Source: a bacterium
Lineage (GTDB): Bacteria > J088 > JAWLBW01
Assembly: GCA_041690355.1 (NCBI GenBank)
Contig: JAWLHK010000009.1
Coordinates: forward strand, 62,001-126,000
Reading direction: 5' to 3'
Length of the DNA stretch: 64,000 nt
Position 1 is the stretch's first letter, and each line of letters begins with the position of its first letter. Shown here in pieces: positions 62,442-64,000 of this stretch. A program made the translations under genes and the position numbers. The notes under the pieces are model-generated. The model worked only from the letters and a program-made list of their open reading frames with translations, had not been told where the DNA came from and made no database searches.

Positions 62442-63347
62442 TCAGGCGGCCGTGCGCCGCTGCCGGTCGAGCCGCTCGAGCAGGAAATCGACAAGATGGC
62501 CCGCCACGTCGAAACCGGTCGCCTTTTCGAGACCGAGAAAACTCGGGGCGCCGTTCACCTCGAGCACCTTCCATCCATTGGCGCCGCGAATCAGATCGAC
62601 CCCCGAATAGTCGAGGCCGACGGCCCGGACGGCCGAGACAGCAAGGTTCTCCATCTCGGCGGTGAGCTCGACCGGATCGGGGATGCCCCCCTGCGCCAGG
62701 TTTGTGCGCCATTCGCCTTCGACGGCCATGCGCGTGCAGCCGGCCACGGTGCGGTCTCCGACGACGAAAGCCCGCACGTCACGCCCGCCGCCCGGCACGA
62801 ACTCCTGCAGCAGTACGGCGCCGTACTCGACCAGGAAATCGGCGATGACCGGGCGTATGCCGGGTGAATCCTTCCAAAGCTCGACCCCCTCGCCCATCGA
62901 GCCGTACAGCGGCTTCGCCACGACCATGCCCTCGCGCCGCACGATCTCTTCGGCGCTCTGCAGATCGGCCACGACCCAGGTCGCCGGCGTAGGCACCCGG
63001 GCGCAGCGCAGCCGGGCCGCCACCGCCAGCTTGTCAAGCGCGAGCAGCATGGGCTCGACCCGGTTGATGACGACACACAGCAGCGTCTGCCACTCGCGCA
63101 GCACCTGGATCTGATAGTCGAAAGGGATGCGCGGATTGACGCGCCGGAAGAGGGCGGCCTCGAAGGGGGGGAGGGCAACCCCGCGGCGCCGGATGCGAAT
63201 CCGCTCGCGTTGCAGGTCGACCCCGAGCTCGCCGGCGTCGACGACCTCCATGCGTGCCCGTCCGCGCGCGGCCGCGAGCAGGCGCTCGGTGTGGCGGGAT
63301 GCGCCGCTGCTCACGAGAGCAATCCAGGGATGGGTTGCAGCAGGCAT
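62442..63347 (-). CDS. RimK-family ATP-grasp alpha-L-glutamate ligase-like protein
   Basis: DKL, VAKPLYGSMGEGV, LLQEFV, RDVRAFVVG, WRTNLAQGG, GVDLI, LEVNGAP. Confidence 0.9.
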   Translation of the reverse strand: MPAATHPWIALVSSGASRHTERLLAAARGRARMEVVDAGELGVDLQRERIRIRRRGVALPPFEAALFRRVNPRIPFDYQIQVLREWQTLLCVVINRVEPMLLALDKLAVAARLRCARVPTPATWVVADLQSAEEIVRREGMVVAKPLYGSMGEGVELWKDSPGIRPVIADFLVEYGAVLLQEFVPGGGRDVRAFVVGDRTVAGCTRMAVEGEWRTNLAQGGIPDPVELTAEMENLAVSAVRAVGLDYSGVDLIRGANGWKVLEVNGAPSFLGLEKATGFDVAGHLVDFLLERLDRQRRTAA

Positions 63348-63366
63348 GGAATCTCGGTCAGAGGTG

Positions 63367-63401
63367 AAAAGGCCGGAGGCCGGACGAATCCGGCCTCCGG
63401 C
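63367..63401 (-). terminator. Hairpin, likely terminator or attenuator, after the KGG peptide genes
   Basis: Perfect 13-bp stem (63372-63384 / 63389-63401), TTCG loop on the minus strand, followed by CTTTT. Confidence 0.65.
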
Positions 63402-63409
63402 AGTACGCC

Positions 63410-63577
63410 TTACTCTTCGCTCATGCGCTTGCCGCGCTCGATGAGTTCGGCAACCTTGCGGCCACCCTTGCGGCCGATTTCTTCGAAGTGCTCGTGGCTG
63501 TACTTGCTGGCGACGGTTTCGCCGCCCTTGCGACCAGCTTCCTGAACCGTCATGGCTCCTTTGCTAGACTTCGCCAT
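63410..63577 (-). CDS. Small GsiB/Em (KGG/LEA_5-like) stress peptide A, 55 aa
   Basis: Manually translated, below the ORF-track cutoff: MAKSSKGAMTVQEAGRKGGETVASKYSHEHFEEIGRKGGRKVAELIERGKRMSEE; AAGGAG RBS. Confidence 0.9.
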   Translation of the reverse strand: MAKSSKGAMTVQEAGRKGGETVASKYSHEHFEEIGRKGGRKVAELIERGKRMSEE

Positions 63578-63650
63578 TTCTGTCTCCTTCTGGTTGTCTC
63601 CCGTTCACAGTCCGGCCGCGGCTTGCGCCCCGGCCGCTTCTGGGCATTTT

Positions 63651-63857
63651 TTACTTGGCGCTCGCGCGCTTGCCCCGTTCAATAAGCTCGGCGACCTTGC
63701 GACCGCCCTTGCGGCCGATTTCTTCAAAGTGTTCGTGGCCGTACTTCTGGGCAACGATGCGGCCGCCCTTGACGCCCCCGCGGCGTCCCGCTTCGGCCAC
63801 CGTCATCTGCCCCTTGCTTTCGGTCGTCGTTGTCGTCGTTCGCGTCGACTTCGCCAT
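63651..63857 (-). CDS. Small GsiB/Em (KGG/LEA_5-like) stress peptide B, 68 aa
   Basis: MAKSTRTTTTTTESKGQMTVAEAGRRGG...YGHEHFEEIGRKGGRKVAELIERGKRASAK; GGAGG RBS. Confidence 0.9.
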   Translation of the reverse strand: MAKSTRTTTTTTESKGQMTVAEAGRRGGVKGGRIVAQKYGHEHFEEIGRKGGRKVAELIERGKRASAK

Positions 63858-63887
63858 AGCATCCCTCCAGTTCACATTCACAGTTGA

Positions 63888-64000
63888 TTAGCGCGAAGAC
63901 TGCTTGCCCTTCTCAATGAGATCGGCAACCTTTCTCCCGCCTTTGCGGCCGATTTCCTCGAAATGCTCATGACCATATTTTCCGGCGACCGATTCGCCAC
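63888..64000 (-). CDS. Small GsiB/Em (KGG/LEA_5-like) stress peptide C, 5' end outside the window
   Basis: Manually translated: ...GESVAGKYGHEHFEEIGRKGGRKVADLIEKGKQSSR*. Confidence 0.85.
   Translation of the reverse strand, partial: GESVAGKYGHEHFEEIGRKGGRKVADLIEKGKQSSR

Overview
A GC-rich bacterial chromosome segment, probably from a deltaproteobacterial lineage such as Myxococcota or a relative. This is inferred from gene order (tilS-ftsH-folP-cdaA-cdaR-glmM, parA-parB-bactofilin, ymdB-tyrS) and a MYXO-CTERM-like sorting signal. Most of it is core genome: a CHASE histidine kinase, recC-recB-recD, dnaK-dnaJ, a split methylmalonyl-CoA mutase, a three-gene pnt transhydrogenase, a c-di-AMP module, a class III cyclase, parAB, PBP1A, folK, a Tat/GMC oxidoreductase pair, a UbiB kinase, a cobalamin adenosyltransferase and tyrS. 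I saw no rRNA, tRNA, CRISPR array, integrase or transposase. The most notable observations are: (1) at least three tandem small GsiB/Em(KGG)-type peptide genes directly upstream of a RimK-family ATP-grasp ligase, the nearest ending in -SEE like the RimK substrate S6, so a candidate peptide-glutamylation system; (2) a large exported protein with BPI/LBP-like signatures and a MYXO-CTERM-like anchor; (3) three paralogous exported TPR/TatT-like proteins interrupted by an ECF41 sigma factor whose recognisable promoter points at an atypical His-rich membrane protein; (4) a degenerate acyl-CoA-ligase-like protein and an orphan degenerate HEPN gene; (5) a repeated T-rich/C-rich intergenic element, heptamer repeats and several apparently leaderless genes. 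All calls come from motif recognition by eye, with no database searches.
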